Shown here piece after piece: positions 32,082 to 43,950 of a stretch of 64,000 bases of DNA. The stretch covers positions 320,136-384,135 of the forward strand of contig JBJBDC010000001.1 in NCBI GenBank assembly GCA_047285535.1, read 5' to 3'. Made by a program: the position numbers and the translations under genes. The notes under the pieces are model-generated. The model saw only the letters and a program-made list of their open reading frames with translations, searched no databases and had not been told where the DNA came from. Numbering within the stretch: the stretch's first letter is position 1; each line of letters begins with the position of its first letter. This stretch comes from Synechococcus sp. GTDB taxonomy: Bacteria; Cyanobacteriota; Cyanobacteriia; PCC-6307; Cyanobiaceae.

Positions 32082-32813
32082 TCAACTCTTGACGTAGTTC
32101 GCGATCCGTCCGAAACCTTCAGGATCCAGGGAGGCACCTCCTACTAACACTCCATCGATATCACTCATCGCCATTAACTGATCAATATTGCCCGGCTTCA
32201 CAGATCCTCCATATTGAATAATCAAGTCTGGTGAGCCAACCCAACTACGAATCAAACCGCAGATTCGATTGGCTTCACTCGCTTCACATGTTTTGCCGGT
32301 ACCAATCGCCCAGATCGGCTCATAGGCCACAACCAGCTGACTGGGGTCCAAACCTTCTAAGCCCTGTTCAACCTGACGACGGATGACCCGCTCAGCCTCT
32401 CCTCGGCTGCGCTGCTCGTCGCTTTCACCAACACAAACAATGGGAATCAATCCGTTGTTTTGAGCCGATCGAGCCCGGTGATTGATTTGTTCATCACTCT
32501 CGCTGAAGTACTTGCGAGGTTCGCTATGGCCAACGATCGCGTATTCAACGTTGTGCTCCTTGAGCATGCTCGGAGAAATTTCAGCGGTGTAAGCACCCTC
32601 TCCTTCCCAGTGCACGTTTTGACTCGACAGTTCAAGGCGGGTCCCTTGGCTCAATGCAGCCATCGTGCTGATGGCTGTAAAGGGTGGAGCAATCACCAGA
32701 TGCCGATCCTCAGGTACCTGGGCGATGAGAGGTAGAAAAGTGCCCATCCAAGTCCTGGATTGGGCACAGGTCATGTGCATTTTCCAGTTGCCAGCAATCA
32801 CCGGTTTGCGCAC
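32082..32813 (-). CDS. tpiA: Triosephosphate isomerase
   Basis: [33 protein letters not shown]. Confidence 0.97.
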   Translation of the reverse strand: MRKPVIAGNWKMHMTCAQSRTWMGTFLPLIAQVPEDRHLVIAPPFTAISTMAALSQGTRLELSSQNVHWEGEGAYTAEISPSMLKEHNVEYAIVGHSEPRKYFSESDEQINHRARSAQNNGLIPIVCVGESDEQRSRGEAERVIRRQVEQGLEGLDPSQLVVAYEPIWAIGTGKTCEASEANRICGLIRSWVGSPDLIIQYGGSVKPGNIDQLMAMSDIDGVLVGGASLDPEGFGRIANYVKS

Positions 32814-32846
32814 GCTTCCGTCCTCTGCAGCTCAGCAGATGACAAC

Positions 32847-33044
32847 TTAAGGCCCTGCCTGAAGACTTTCCGAAACTTGGGCTGATTCATCGCCCATTTG
32901 GACGCTGTCGCCGGCTTTGAGTTGACGGCCACGCCGTTGCTCAAGCTCCCCGTTAACGAGCACTTCTCCAGCCTGAACCCTCAGCTTCGCCTCTCCACCT
33001 GTTGCTACCCAGCCAACCCATTTAAGGAACTGATCAAGCCTCAT
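32847..33044 (-). CDS. S4-domain RNA-binding protein (YaaA-like)
   Basis: MRLDQFLKW..TGGEAK..VLVNGE.E.RRGRQL..GD. Confidence 0.88.
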   Translation of the reverse strand: MRLDQFLKWVGWVATGGEAKLRVQAGEVLVNGELEQRRGRQLKAGDSVQMGDESAQVSESLQAGP

Positions 33045-33086
33045 CCCTTCTCCAAAGAGTGCAATTCCCATTGATAGTCTGACGCG

Positions 33087-34826
33087 ATGCTGAAGCCATC
33101 AGAAGCGGGATTCCGCAGGTTGATTCCACTGCTGCGTCCGCACAGGCGATTGCTGTTGATCGGCTCCCTCTGCATGGTTGTTTTTGTCAGTAGCCAACTG
33201 GTGCTGATGCGACTGATGGGTCGCCTTTTACCGGATGTGGGCTCCGGGGACCTCAAACGAATTGTGCCGGTCATTGGCCTGGTTCTACTGGTGTTTGCGA
33301 TACAAAAACTTGCTCAATTTGGCCAGGACTCTTTGCTTGCCGGGCCTGCGTTACAGGTCAGCCAGTCCCTGAGGCGAGATCTGTTCCAAAGGCTGCAAAA
33401 GGTGCAGTTAGGCGCATTAGAAAAAATGTCGTCTGGAGATCTCACCTATCGGCTCACGGAAGATGCCGATCGCGTGAGCGAGGTGATTTATAAAACTCTG
33501 CACGACAGCATCCCAAGCGCTTTGCAATTGGTGGCTGTGCTTGGTTACATGCTTTGGCTTGACTGGAAATTAACCGTCGCAATCCTGTTGCTTGCCCCAT
33601 TCGTTGCATGGCTGATCAGCCTGTTCGGAGCGAGGGTGATGATCGCCACGGAACGTAGTCAAAAAAAGGTCAGTGAATTGGCTGGTCTGTTGGGCGAAGC
33701 GATTGAAGGCCTACCTCTGGTTCGCGCCTTCGCTGCAGAATCTTGGCTTGAACATCGCTTTGAAGACGAAATTGATCAGCATCGTCAAGCGAGATACAAC
33801 ACGTATCGCCTTGTTGCCCTTCAACACCCTGTGGTCGGGATTATTGAAGTGCTCGGTTTCGCCACGGTCTTGTTGTTAGCGGCTCTCAGGATCAGTACAG
33901 GGGATCTTGAAGTCCCAGAACTGATTAGCTATCTCACTGGCTTAGTCCTGCTGATTGATCCGATCGCCCACGTCACGTCCAATTACAACGAATTTCAGCA
34001 GGGACAATCCTCTCTGCGTCGCTTACGAGAGATTGAAAAGGAACCCTCGGAACCACTCGATCCCGTTCCATCACTTCCACTTGGTCGCCTTCGTGGAGAT
34101 TTGAGTTTCAAGCAAGTTGAGTTCGCCTATACGCCAGGACAACCTGTGCTTCAGGACTTCAATCTCTCGATTAAGTCCGGGCAAGTCGTCGCACTTGTCG
34201 GTCCTTCTGGAGCCGGCAAAACCACCCTCTTTTCTCTTCTCCTCAGGTTCAATTGTGTGGATCAGGGTCAGCTTCTCTTGGATGGAAAAGATCTGAGACA
34301 AGTGAGTACTCGTGATTTACGTCAACAAGTCGCTTTGGTGCCGCAACGCAGCAGTGTGTTTTCTGGGACCATTGCAGAAGCGATTCGATTTGGCCGAAAT
34401 TCCACCCAGGAACAGCTTAAACAAGCTGCCAAGCTGGCTAATGCCCACGATTTCATCATCCGTCTTCCAGAGGGGTACAACACCCGTCTTCAGGAGCGTG
34501 GAACCAATGTTTCAGGAGGCCAGCTCCAACGCATTGCGATTGCACGAGCTGTCCTTGGAAATCCTGCGGTGATGTTGCTGGATGAAGCCACAAGTGCGCT
34601 GGATGCAGAAGCGGAAGCGGCAGTTCAGCTCGGACTGAAGCAAGCCATGCTGGGTCGCACAGTCATTGTGATTGCGCACCGTCTTGCAACTGTTCAAGAA
34701 GCCGATCTGATCGTTGTGCTGGATCATGGGCGGATCAGCCAAAAGGGTAGTCATGACGATCTCATGAGCCAGGGAGGTAGATATCGAGAACTCTGCGAAC
34801 GACAATTTATTCGCATCAACGAATGA
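33087..34826 (+). CDS. ABC exporter, fused permease/ATPase (MsbA-like)
   Basis: N-terminal TM domain; GPSGAGKT, VSGGQLQRIAIAR, LLDEATSALD, IAHRL. Confidence 0.92.
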   Translation: MLKPSEAGFRRLIPLLRPHRRLLLIGSLCMVVFVSSQLVLMRLMGRLLPDVGSGDLKRIVPVIGLVLLVFAIQKLAQFGQDSLLAGPALQVSQSLRRDLFQRLQKVQLGALEKMSSGDLTYRLTEDADRVSEVIYKTLHDSIPSALQLVAVLGYMLWLDWKLTVAILLLAPFVAWLISLFGARVMIATERSQKKVSELAGLLGEAIEGLPLVRAFAAESWLEHRFEDEIDQHRQARYNTYRLVALQHPVVGIIEVLGFATVLLLAALRISTGDLEVPELISYLTGLVLLIDPIAHVTSNYNEFQQGQSSLRRLREIEKEPSEPLDPVPSLPLGRLRGDLSFKQVEFAYTPGQPVLQDFNLSIKSGQVVALVGPSGAGKTTLFSLLLRFNCVDQGQLLLDGKDLRQVSTRDLRQQVALVPQRSSVFSGTIAEAIRFGRNSTQEQLKQAAKLANAHDFIIRLPEGYNTRLQERGTNVSGGQLQRIAIARAVLGNPAVMLLDEATSALDAEAEAAVQLGLKQAMLGRTVIVIAHRLATVQEADLIVVLDHGRISQKGSHDDLMSQGGRYRELCERQFIRINE

Positions 34827-34895
34827 ACGGATTCACACAAGCTATGGGCTAAAACGCGAAAACCAATAAGATCTATCGATATTCCTTTCACATTG

Positions 34896-35138
34896 ATGAC
34901 CAGTTCTTCAGTTCCACAACCTCAGCAGAACCCAATTCTTACCTTTGAAGGCAAGCGTTACGACCTCAATACGCTTCCTGATGAACTGAAAGAGCTCGTT
35001 CGAGGGATGCAGGTTGCTGACGCCCAACTCCGCATGCACGAGGACACATTGAAAGTGCTGGCAGTAGGACGTCAGTCGATGGCTACGCAGTTAAACGAAA
35101 GGCTGAAAGGGGTTAACCCTCTTCCAGAGAACGATTGA
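34896..35138 (+). CDS. Small hypothetical protein (DUF6447-like)
   Basis: ILTFEGKRYDLNTLPDELKEL followed by a coiled coil. Confidence 0.7.
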   Translation: MTSSSVPQPQQNPILTFEGKRYDLNTLPDELKELVRGMQVADAQLRMHEDTLKVLAVGRQSMATQLNERLKGVNPLPEND

Positions 35139-36453
35139 AGTTGTATTCGCCAGTAATTTTAAAAATTACTGGCGATAACAAAATTAATGCAATTAGGTTT
35201 GGAAGGGCCATTAGACCATTCAAAGTATCAGCTACACCCCATACAACACCACTATCTTCAGCTACCGAACCAAATACCACTACGGCAACCCAAACTAAAC
35301 GGAAGGGCTTGATTGCTCGCTCTCCGAACAAAAATTCCGTGCAGCGTTCTCCATAGAAACTCCAACCCAGAACAGTGGTGAAAGCAAACACGATTAATCC
35401 TGCTGTGACAATCCAGCCGGTACCATTCATTCCTGTGTTGAAGGCAAGAATCGATAGATTCGCGCCTGACTCACCGCTTGTATAGGCCCCACTGGTAATA
35501 ATGACGAGTGCGGTCAGTGTGCACAGGATCAAGGTATCGATCACTGTTCCCAACATCGCAACAGTGCCCTGACGAACTGGATCATGGGTTTTGGCTGCTG
35601 CATGGGCAATGGGTGCGCTGCCCAAACCAGCTTCATTGGAGAAAATGCCGCGCTTAAAGCCCATCATCACCACTTGCCCAAAGGCTCCACCTACAGCGGC
35701 TTCCCCACTGAAAGCATTGGAGAAAATGGTGCCAAAAGCAGCTGGCACATCAATAATATTGATCCCTAAGACAACAACACAAGCGATGATATAGAGAATC
35801 GACATGCTGGGTACTAAGGCAGAAGCAGCTTGAGAAATTCGGTCGATCCCACCAATGATCACTGCAAACACAAGCACTCCAAGAACCACACCGGTGATCA
35901 ATCGAGGAATGCCTAAGGCTTCAAGGGCACTGGAAACTTCATAGCATTGAACTCCGTTGCCTATCCCAAAGCCGGCAAGCATGCCAAAGATGGCAAATAA
36001 AACAGCAAGCCACTGCCATTTTTGGCCCAGACCATTGCGGATGTAGTACATAGGCCCGCCGACGTGATTCCCCAGACCATCAACTTCTCGATATTTCACT
36101 GCCAACACGGCTTCTCCGTATTTGGTGGCGATGCCGAACACGGCAATGAACCACATCCAGAACACGGCACCTGGCCCACCCACAGCGATGGCCCCAGCCA
36201 CGCCGGCAATATTTCCGGTACCAATGGTGGCTGACAAGGATGTCATCAAGGCTGCGAATGGGGAGATGTCTCCTTCCTCTGCCTGATCAAACCTGGATGC
36301 CAACACCCGAACGCCATAACTCAGCTTCTTCAGAGGCATGAAGTTGAGTCCCAGCATCAAAAGGACCCCAGTGGCACCGATGAGGCCGATCATCGGCCCA
36401 CCCCAGACGATCCCATTAATGGGATCGTTGATTGCTGAGATCAGTGATTCCAT
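35113..36453 (-). CDS. agcS: Sodium:alanine/glycine symporter (AGCS family)
   Basis: ATIGTGNIAGVA, GGPGAVFWMW, GGPMYY, RGIFSNEAGLGSAP, NGLMALPNL. Confidence 0.92.
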   Translation of the reverse strand: MESLISAINDPINGIVWGGPMIGLIGATGVLLMLGLNFMPLKKLSYGVRVLASRFDQAEEGDISPFAALMTSLSATIGTGNIAGVAGAIAVGGPGAVFWMWFIAVFGIATKYGEAVLAVKYREVDGLGNHVGGPMYYIRNGLGQKWQWLAVLFAIFGMLAGFGIGNGVQCYEVSSALEALGIPRLITGVVLGVLVFAVIIGGIDRISQAASALVPSMSILYIIACVVVLGINIIDVPAAFGTIFSNAFSGEAAVGGAFGQVVMMGFKRGIFSNEAGLGSAPIAHAAAKTHDPVRQGTVAMLGTVIDTLILCTLTALVIITSGAYTSGESGANLSILAFNTGMNGTGWIVTAGLIVFAFTTVLGWSFYGERCTEFLFGERAIKPFRLVWVAVVVFGSVAEDSGVVWGVADTLNGLMALPNLIALILLSPVIFKITGEYNFNRSLEEG

Positions 36454-36487
36454 CCAACCATTGAAACTAGTCTGATGGTGCCACAAT

Positions 36488-37159
36488 TCAAGAGGCTTTT
36501 AGGTCCGTGAACAGGAAGGTCTGTTCACTGGCAGGAGTATCAGCAAACGAATCTGTACGAATGGTTCGTTCACTGAGAACCCAGCAGCCTCCTTCAGAGA
36601 GTGGAAGAAAGGTGTCAACGAAATGATTCATTCCCCCGCTGGCTTCACCTGAAGCTGGATCGGCGTACTGACTGGTGTAGGCGCGACTTAGATAACCATG
36701 TCCTGTATCGGTCGTGCTTTCGGTATGAATCGTCACCACGGTTCCATGGATATGACGATGCACCATTGTGACCACATCATTGTTGATTCGATATTTGTCT
36801 CCGTTACCTTTGCCGCCGATAATCACCTCAAGACCTTCCTCAGTGCAATCACCTGCAGTGAAAGTATTCTCTGAGTGGGTCTGTTCAAAGGTTCGGCGCA
36901 CGCGATGAATACAGACTTCCCACAGCTGTGAAGCAAAGGCTTTTTCAACTTCGGGATCGGTCACTCCCTCAACCTTGGCTTTTAAATCAGCGCCAACATG
37001 GAACGTACCCTCTACAGATCGATCACCTTGTCGCCAGATGCATCGACCGGAATATCCAGCAAAACCAGGATTCCACGTGTAGCGGTTTTCATATGCAGCC
37101 CGAAACGCATCACGGCAATCGCTACCTGGGGCGATGGCGGTCATGGATGTTGTTGTCAA
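36488..37159 (-). CDS. DUF3386 family protein
   Basis: FRAAYENRYTW, QLWEVCIHRVRRTFEQTH. Confidence 0.82.
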   Translation of the reverse strand: MTTTSMTAIAPGSDCRDAFRAAYENRYTWNPGFAGYSGRCIWRQGDRSVEGTFHVGADLKAKVEGVTDPEVEKAFASQLWEVCIHRVRRTFEQTHSENTFTAGDCTEEGLEVIIGGKGNGDKYRINNDVVTMVHRHIHGTVVTIHTESTTDTGHGYLSRAYTSQYADPASGEASGGMNHFVDTFLPLSEGGCWVLSERTIRTDSFADTPASEQTFLFTDLKAS

Positions 37160-37185
37160 GAGTTAAATCGCATTCTTCCGAGACC

Positions 37186-40100
37186 CTACTTGCCAGCAAG
37201 TGGTGCATGGACGTCTTGAAGAGCATGGATCACGATTGTTTGTTCTTGTAAAGCCTCAATCGCCTCAACGGCAGCACGTGCTCCAGCGAGAGTGGTTAGG
37301 GTTGGTACGGAATAATCGAGGGCTGCCCTGCGGAGGTAACGATCGTCGTGAGCAGCTTGGCGACCAATCGGTGTATTGATGACTAACTGCACATCGCCGG
37401 AGCGAATTAAATCTTCGATGTTTGGGCGACCCTCGTGAACCTTAAGGACAGACTCAACGTCCAATCCTTGCTTCTGTAAAGCATTGGCAGTTCCTGAGGT
37501 CGCGATCAGTTTGAAGCCCAGTCCAGTCAACTGGCGCGCTACAGGACCTAAGGCCTCCTTGTCTCGATCATGGGTGGAGAGAAATACGGTTCCAGCGGTT
37601 GGAAGTGCCTCACCGGCAGCCAGTGCCGCTTTCGCAAAAGCCATGCCGAAATCGGATGCCGAGCCCATGACCTCTCCAGTGGAGCGCATTTCAGGACCTA
37701 GCAGAGAGTCGGCTCCAGGAAAACGTCGGAAGGGAAGCACTGCTTCTTTCACAGATTGCAACGGAGGGATTGGCTCGGTCAGCAGACCAATCTGATTCAG
37801 TGTTTCCCCGGCCATCAGACGTGTTGCAAGTCGTGCCAGTGGCACGCCCGTTGCCTTGGCGACAAAAGGAACTGTTCTGGAGGCGCGCGGATTGGCTTCG
37901 ATGATGAAGACGTTCTCTTGACCATCGACAGTGCGTTGCACTGCGAATTGCAAATTGATCAATCCTTGAACTTTCAGCGTGGTCGCAAGTGCTTGACTCC
38001 AACGCCTGATAATGGAGAGAGCTTCTTGCCCAAGAGAAATGGAAGGCAGGCAACATGCCGAATCTCCGGAATGAATTCCTGCCGGTTCAATGTGTTCCAT
38101 TAAGCCACCAATCACCACGATGCCTTCTCGGTCACAAAGGGCATCAACATCCACCTCAACGGCATTCTCCAGATACTGATCAATCAGCACTGGATGGTCT
38201 GGCTCAACTTGAACAGCCTCTTTCATATAGCGATTTAATTCATTCTCGTCGTAGACCACTTCCATCGCTCGTCCGCCCAAGACATAGGAGGGACGAACAA
38301 CCACCGGATAGCCGATCTTGCCAGCAATCATTCGAGCTTCCGCATCACTTCGGGCCAGACCATTGCGGGGCTGACGAATGTCAAGTTTTCGAAGAATCGC
38401 TTCAAATTGTTCCCGATCTTCCGCGAGATCGATGGATTCCGGAGATGTTCCCCAGATCTGAGTGCCAGTGGACTTTCCTTTCGGACTGGACAGCCAATCA
38501 AGCAAGGGCAGTGCAAGCTTGAGAGGTGTTTGACCTCCAAACTGAACAATGACTCCATTCGGTCGTTCTGCCTCAATGACATTGAGAACATCTTCAAGTG
38601 TCAAAGGCTCGAAATAAAGACGGTCACTGCTGTCGTAATCAGTGGAGACCGTCTCAGGGTTGCTATTCAACATCACAGTGGCGAAGCCACAATCTTGTGC
38701 TGAAAAAGAGGCGTGACAACAGCAATAATCAAATTCAATTCCTTGACCTATTCGATTGGGACCACCTCCCAAAATCATGAGCTTTGGCTTCGATTCGTTG
38801 GCAACCTCAGTTGATGCAACCAAGGGTAAAAGTCGGCCGTCTGGTTTTAAATGAAAGAGGGGATATTCATAGGTTGAGTAGTGATATGGAGTGGATGAAG
38901 CGAATTCGGCTGCACATGTATCCACTGTTTTGAATACAGGAGTGACCTTCAGTAGATCTCTGCGTTCGCGAACTTTGAGTTCGCTGCTGTTGGTAAACCA
39001 AGCGATTTGACGATCAGAATATCCGAGCTGCTTGAGTTTAAATAAAGTTGCTTTGTTGAGGCCCTCGAGTTCACGACCTTGTAAATCCTGCAATTCGATA
39101 TTGATCAGACCCCTTAACTTCGCGAGGAACCATGGGTCAATGTGGCTTAATTCATGAATATGTCGATCGCTCATGCCTGAAAGCATCGCGGTACGAATAG
39201 ACAAGATGCGATCAGGGGAAGGGGTTCGTAGCGCGCGCTCAAGTTCAGTCTTGGAGCAAGAGGGCTCGGGGCGGTCTCCACCCCAACCTGCCAGACCAGT
39301 TTCGAGCGATCTCAAGGCTTTCTGAAGCGACTCTTCAAAGCAACGACCAATGGCCATGGCTTCACCCACCGACTTCATCGCCGTTGTCAGTACTGCCGGA
39401 GATCCACGGAATTTTTCAAAAGCAAAACGCGGTACTTTCGTGACCACGTAATCAATCGTTGGCTCAAAACAAGCCGGTGTTTGTCCAGTGATGTCGTTAA
39501 GGATCTCGTCGAGGGTGTATCCAATTGCCAACCGTGCAGCGATTTTTGCAATCGGGAATCCTGTGGCCTTGCTTGCCAATGCTGAGGAGCGACTCACCCT
39601 CGGATTCATTTCAATGACCACAACCTCACCGTCATCAGGATTGATGGCGAACTGAATATTGCTTCCACCGGTGGCTACACCGATTTCACGAATGATGGCA
39701 ATCGATTGATCACGCAACCGTTGGTATTCCCGATCTGTGAGAGTTTGCGCCGGTGCCACTGTGATGGAGTCGCCGGTGTGCACTCCCATCGGATCTAAAT
39801 TTTCGATGCTGCAGACAATGACAACGTTGTCTGCGAGATCACGCATCACCTCAAGCTCAAATTCCTTCCAGCCGAGCAGAGATTTCTCAATCAGGATTTG
39901 GGAGACCGGGCTGGCATCCAGACCCGTCTTGCACAGTGCGTTGAACTCCTCGGGGTTGTAAGCAATGCCACCACCGCTTCCACCCAATGTGAACGCTGGC
40001 CTAATGATTCTTGGAAAGCTCTTGATTGAGGCCCCAACGGCTTCTGCTTCTTCTTGATTGGAAGCAATTCCTGATGGGCAGACGTGGACTCCAATACGTT

Positions 40101-40509
40101 CCATGGCCTGCTTAAAAAGTTGTCGGTCTTCAGCTTTTTGAATCGCCTTTAAATCAGCTCCGATCAACTCAACGCCAAACCTTTCCAGCGTTCCATTTTC
40201 TGAAAGTTCTACCGCCAAGTTGAGAGCAGTCTGCCCTCCCATCGTTGGCAGCAACGCTTCTGGCCTCTCTTTTTCAATCACTCTTGTGACGACGTCCGCA
40301 GTGAGAGGCTCGACGTACGTGCGATCCGCCATTTCAGGATCGGTCATGATCGATGCAGGATTTGAGTTGATCAGAATCACTTCAAATCCCTCAGCCTTTA
40401 AGGCTTTGCAGGCTTGAGTTCCTGAATAATCAAACTCGCAGGCCTGTCCGATCACAATCGGCCCTGAACCCAAAAGGAGGATGCGACGAAGATCGTTCCG
40501 CCTGGGCAT
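37186..40509 (-). CDS. carB: Carbamoyl-phosphate synthase large subunit
   Basis: [21 protein letters not shown], two ATP-grasp halves, C-terminal MGS domain. Confidence 0.97.
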   Translation of the reverse strand: MPRRNDLRRILLLGSGPIVIGQACEFDYSGTQACKALKAEGFEVILINSNPASIMTDPEMADRTYVEPLTADVVTRVIEKERPEALLPTMGGQTALNLAVELSENGTLERFGVELIGADLKAIQKAEDRQLFKQAMERIGVHVCPSGIASNQEEAEAVGASIKSFPRIIRPAFTLGGSGGGIAYNPEEFNALCKTGLDASPVSQILIEKSLLGWKEFELEVMRDLADNVVIVCSIENLDPMGVHTGDSITVAPAQTLTDREYQRLRDQSIAIIREIGVATGGSNIQFAINPDDGEVVVIEMNPRVSRSSALASKATGFPIAKIAARLAIGYTLDEILNDITGQTPACFEPTIDYVVTKVPRFAFEKFRGSPAVLTTAMKSVGEAMAIGRCFEESLQKALRSLETGLAGWGGDRPEPSCSKTELERALRTPSPDRILSIRTAMLSGMSDRHIHELSHIDPWFLAKLRGLINIELQDLQGRELEGLNKATLFKLKQLGYSDRQIAWFTNSSELKVRERRDLLKVTPVFKTVDTCAAEFASSTPYHYSTYEYPLFHLKPDGRLLPLVASTEVANESKPKLMILGGGPNRIGQGIEFDYCCCHASFSAQDCGFATVMLNSNPETVSTDYDSSDRLYFEPLTLEDVLNVIEAERPNGVIVQFGGQTPLKLALPLLDWLSSPKGKSTGTQIWGTSPESIDLAEDREQFEAILRKLDIRQPRNGLARSDAEARMIAGKIGYPVVVRPSYVLGGRAMEVVYDENELNRYMKEAVQVEPDHPVLIDQYLENAVEVDVDALCDREGIVVIGGLMEHIEPAGIHSGDSACCLPSISLGQEALSIIRRWSQALATTLKVQGLINLQFAVQRTVDGQENVFIIEANPRASRTVPFVAKATGVPLARLATRLMAGETLNQIGLLTEPIPPLQSVKEAVLPFRRFPGADSLLGPEMRSTGEVMGSASDFGMAFAKAALAAGEALPTAGTVFLSTHDRDKEALGPVARQLTGLGFKLIATSGTANALQKQGLDVESVLKVHEGRPNIEDLIRSGDVQLVINTPIGRQAAHDDRYLRRAALDYSVPTLTTLAGARAAVEAIEALQEQTIVIHALQDVHAPLAGK

Positions 40510-40627
40510 GGGCCTTCTATGCAGCCAAACCTGCCAATACTCCCATGTGGAGTCCAGAAAGATTCCATAAGCAACCTTTCTGGTCGTTCAGTCGCTAGCG
40601 TTAGGGACCAGGAGTCCTTAAAGCACT

Positions 40628-41263
40628 ATGAGTGAGCTCCAGCGGCTGAAAGGGTTGCTGCCACCGGAGATGCAGAGCTGGGTGTTCGTAGAAGCTGCTG
40701 CTGCTGTGGAGCCTGCGTTGATCACCCTCGAAGAGATCGGCAGAGATGAAGTTGAGATTCAGGTGGATCTTGATCATTGGGACAGCCTTGCTCTTGATCA
40801 CCGAAATCTTCTGTTCTGGCACGAAGTAGGTCGCATTCAAAACGACACCATCCCCAGAGATGGCTGGGAAATGGCTGCATTAGCTATCGGTCTAGGTGGT
40901 GCTATTGGGGAGCTCTGGGTTCAAGACGGTTTGCTGCTGTTTATGGCTCTTGGCTTGTCTGGATTTGCCGGCTACCGGCTTTATCTCAAAAACAATGCCG
41001 AGAAGCGTCTTCAAGATGCCATCTCCGCTGATGAGCGAGCCATCGATCTGGCGTGCCGCTTCGGTTACAGCGTACCCAATGCTTATAAAAGTCTTGGTGG
41101 TGCCTTAAAGGAACTGGTAGAGAAAACACGAAAGAAGAAAAAGCGCAGTTTTTACGAAGATCGACTGGAAGCACTTCGCAAGAGTGCGGGCAAAGCAAGG
41201 GCCGAAATGGCTCAGCAACAAGGATCCCGTCAATCGGTTACGAGTGAGAATGTTTATGGATAG
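40628..41263 (+). CDS. DUF3318 family protein
   Basis: ELQRLKGLLP, RNLLFWHEV, GGAIGEL, ADERAI. Confidence 0.8.
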   Translation: MSELQRLKGLLPPEMQSWVFVEAAAAVEPALITLEEIGRDEVEIQVDLDHWDSLALDHRNLLFWHEVGRIQNDTIPRDGWEMAALAIGLGGAIGELWVQDGLLLFMALGLSGFAGYRLYLKNNAEKRLQDAISADERAIDLACRFGYSVPNAYKSLGGALKELVEKTRKKKKRSFYEDRLEALRKSAGKARAEMAQQQGSRQSVTSENVYG

Positions 41264-41624
41264 TCAACAATTAGCTGAACTTGCTGCCGATGCATGCGAT
41301 GACCGCAAAGGCGTTGACATTCAGCTAATTCGAGTGGATGAGGTCTCAAGTCTGGCTGATTGGATGGTGATTTCAGGTGGTCAAAGTGAAGTTCAGGTGA
41401 AGGCGATTGCCCGATCAGTTGAAGATCGTTTGGAAGAGGAAGCCAAACGCCTTCCCCTGCGTAAAGAAGGCCTCAACGAGGGTCGCTGGGCTCTGTTGGA
41501 TTACGGCGAATTGATTGTGCACATTCTTCAGGCTAACGAACGAAATTATTACGATCTTGAGGCGTTTTGGAGTCACGGTGAATGCTCCTCTTACGTCGCT
41601 CCCGATAACCCGATAAGCCTCTGA
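41256..41624 (+). CDS. rsfS: Ribosome silencing factor (Iojap)
   Basis: DDRKGVDI, LADWMVI, WALLDYGELIVH, YYDLEAFW. Confidence 0.93.
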   Translation: MDSQQLAELAADACDDRKGVDIQLIRVDEVSSLADWMVISGGQSEVQVKAIARSVEDRLEEEAKRLPLRKEGLNEGRWALLDYGELIVHILQANERNYYDLEAFWSHGECSSYVAPDNPISL

Positions 41625-41635
41625 ACTTGGGGTCC

Positions 41636-42151
41636 ATGGCTGCAACATTTCCCTGTCCTGTTCCACCTGACCAACGTCCTCAGGAAGAATTTATTCAGTT
41701 AAGCCAATCGTGGTTTTTTGCGTGGCCTCGCTATCGACAGATTGATTTGGATAAGGCTTTGTTGTTGAGTTGGCTTCTGATTGTGCCTCTTACCGTGATC
41801 ATTGCTAGCGGTAGTTGGAGCCTTCGGCATGATCCCATTCGACTGGTTTTGGCTGGATCTGTTGCTGGACTTGCCTTACCGATGTTGTTGTTGGTTCGAC
41901 AGTGGCTCGGTTGGACCTACGTTCACAAGCGTCTTCTTTCTGAACAGGTGGAATACGAAGAATCTGGTTGGTATGACGGTCAGATCTGGGAAAAACCACT
42001 GACATGGCGCGAGCGAGATCTTCTGCTTGCACAGCATGAAGTGCGACCGATTCTTGGGCGGCTTGGCCGAGCGATGGCGACAACAACAGGCTTGATTCTT
42101 GGTGGAGCCTTTCTCTGTCAGGCTCTCAAAAACGCGGACACTTTTTTATGA
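41636..42151 (+). CDS. CGLD27/Ycf36 (DUF1230) family protein
   Basis: CPVPPDQRPQEEF, LGWTYVHKRL, YEESGWYDGQIWEKP. Confidence 0.88.
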   Translation: MAATFPCPVPPDQRPQEEFIQLSQSWFFAWPRYRQIDLDKALLLSWLLIVPLTVIIASGSWSLRHDPIRLVLAGSVAGLALPMLLLVRQWLGWTYVHKRLLSEQVEYEESGWYDGQIWEKPLTWRERDLLLAQHEVRPILGRLGRAMATTTGLILGGAFLCQALKNADTFL

Positions 42152-43119
42152 CGCTTCCTCCCAGCTATGGCAGCTCGTCCATCACTACCGGCTGTCCGGC
42201 TTTTGAGGTCGTGCTGAAAAGAGGTTCATCGGTGGAATCGACCCATCGAGTGCATGCCGTTGTTTGTGATACAAGAGGACGCATCCTGATGAAAGCAGGA
42301 CGTCCTGATCACGAGACCTTTGTCAGATCAGCTCTGAAGCCCTTTCAATCCTTGCCTGCTTTAAGCAGCGGCGCATCTGGAACCTTCGAGTTCGGCGATC
42401 GAGGATTGGCCATTAGTTGTGCCTCTCATTCTGGGACGGCTGAACACGCGAGGGAAGCCTTTCGACTGCTTTGGAACGCTGAACTGGAAACGGATTCACT
42501 TCAGTGTCCGATTCCATCGTGGGGGCGCAGTCCCCTAGAGCACAATTGCTCTGGCAAACATGCGGCATTCCTTGCCACAGCCCGAAAAATGGAGTGGCCT
42601 TTAGAGAGTTATCTCCAGGGAGATCATCCCCTTCAACAGGAGATCAACCGACGGGTTGCCGAGTTTCTGGGTCTACCAGCAGATGAACTCGTCGCAGAGC
42701 GTGATGACTGCGGTGCACCAACGCTGCTATTACAGCTCTCTCAGATGGCTCTTCTCTATGCCCATCTCGGAGCATCCACCCATGCTGAACTGGAACAAAT
42801 TTGTCGGGCTATGCTCGCCCATCCCAAACTCGTCGCTGGAGAAGGCCGCTTCGACACTGAACTGATGGCCCGTTCCCACCAGCAGGTCATCAGTAAGGGT
42901 GGTGCCGAAGGCATTCAGTGTCTCAGCAGAACGGGCGATGGTCTTGGTGTTGCCATCAAAGTGGAAGATGGATCCCGTCGAGCCAAACAGGCGGTAGCCC
43001 TTCACCTTCTGCGCCAACTTGACTGGATCACTGAGGGGAGTCTGGATGAACTCGAAGAAAAGATGTTGATCATGGGCCCAGGAGTGCGTCTTGAGGTGAT
43101 TGGAGAACTACGCACGTGA
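42148..43119 (+). CDS. L-asparaginase II family protein
   Basis: RSALKPFQ, CASHSG, HNCSGKHA, DDCGAP, SKGGAEG, KVEDG. Confidence 0.9.
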   Translation: MTLPPSYGSSSITTGCPAFEVVLKRGSSVESTHRVHAVVCDTRGRILMKAGRPDHETFVRSALKPFQSLPALSSGASGTFEFGDRGLAISCASHSGTAEHAREAFRLLWNAELETDSLQCPIPSWGRSPLEHNCSGKHAAFLATARKMEWPLESYLQGDHPLQQEINRRVAEFLGLPADELVAERDDCGAPTLLLQLSQMALLYAHLGASTHAELEQICRAMLAHPKLVAGEGRFDTELMARSHQQVISKGGAEGIQCLSRTGDGLGVAIKVEDGSRRAKQAVALHLLRQLDWITEGSLDELEEKMLIMGPGVRLEVIGELRT

Positions 43120-43171
43120 ATGCTCACAACTGTTGTGTTTGCGAACACCAAGTTGTATAGTTTTGGAGTTC

Positions 43172-43248
<77 letters not shown>

Positions 43249-43251
43249 AAT

Positions 43252-43280
43252 AAAAAAGTCCCTCTTTGAGGGACTTTTTT
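43252..43280. terminator. Rho-independent (bidirectional-type) terminator after tRNA-Met
   Basis: AAAAAAGTCCCTC-TTT-GAGGGACTTTTTT. Confidence 0.9.
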
Positions 43281-43898
43281 ATGCTCGATATTCTCCCCTG
43301 GCAATCAAAGAATCCGTTGTTTTGTCTGCGTTACTCATTTATCTATTCGATTGACTATTCGTTAAGGTGCCTTGGGAAAGACATAAGTCTCTCTGTGATG
43401 ATCTTTGCTTGATAACGTGTTTAATCTTCAGCTTAATCCAATTGAAAACGGTTTTAAGTGTGCACCTGCATCGCTGATTGACTGGTTCAGTGATCCAGTC
43501 TCTATGGGATCATATCTCGTTAATGAAAATCTTTTGCTCTAATTTCAATCTTGCTATATTTTGACTGCCTGACTTTGATTCGTGGCTTGGATTGTTAACA
43601 CTGATTGGTTTCTGATGGTGTCATCCCTAGGCTGTTAATTGCTGAAAGCCGAAGGTCAGTGAACAATACAATGAGATTTGCATGCAGTACAACCTCACGG
43701 CCTCTTCTTGCCGCACGATTGCTTTAGGCGGTCAACGTGCAAATCCCTCATGCCCTTGTAAAGACATTGTCGACCACGATGCAAAACAGTGTGAGTTATC
43801 ACGCGGATTTCAGCTATTCCTCAAAGCCTATTATGGTTCTTCGAGGAGTCTTTTGCTGGCAATGTACTCATCGGTCGGATGAACAATCTTTTCGTTCC

Positions 43899-43950
43899 AT
43901 GGTTTATCGATTGATAGTTTATCGATTGATGGATTATCGATTGATAGTTT
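43899..43950. repeat. 15-bp tandem repeat, about 3.5 copies
   Basis: ATGGTTTATCGATTG ATAGTTTATCGATTG ATGGATTATCGATTG ATAGTTT. Confidence 0.85.

Noticed and set aside
37186..40509. carB without an adjacent carA
   Set aside because: Separation of carA and carB is usual in cyanobacteria
43899..43950. Possible mini-CRISPR array
   Set aside because: Units are contiguous 15-mers with no spacers, and no cas genes are present
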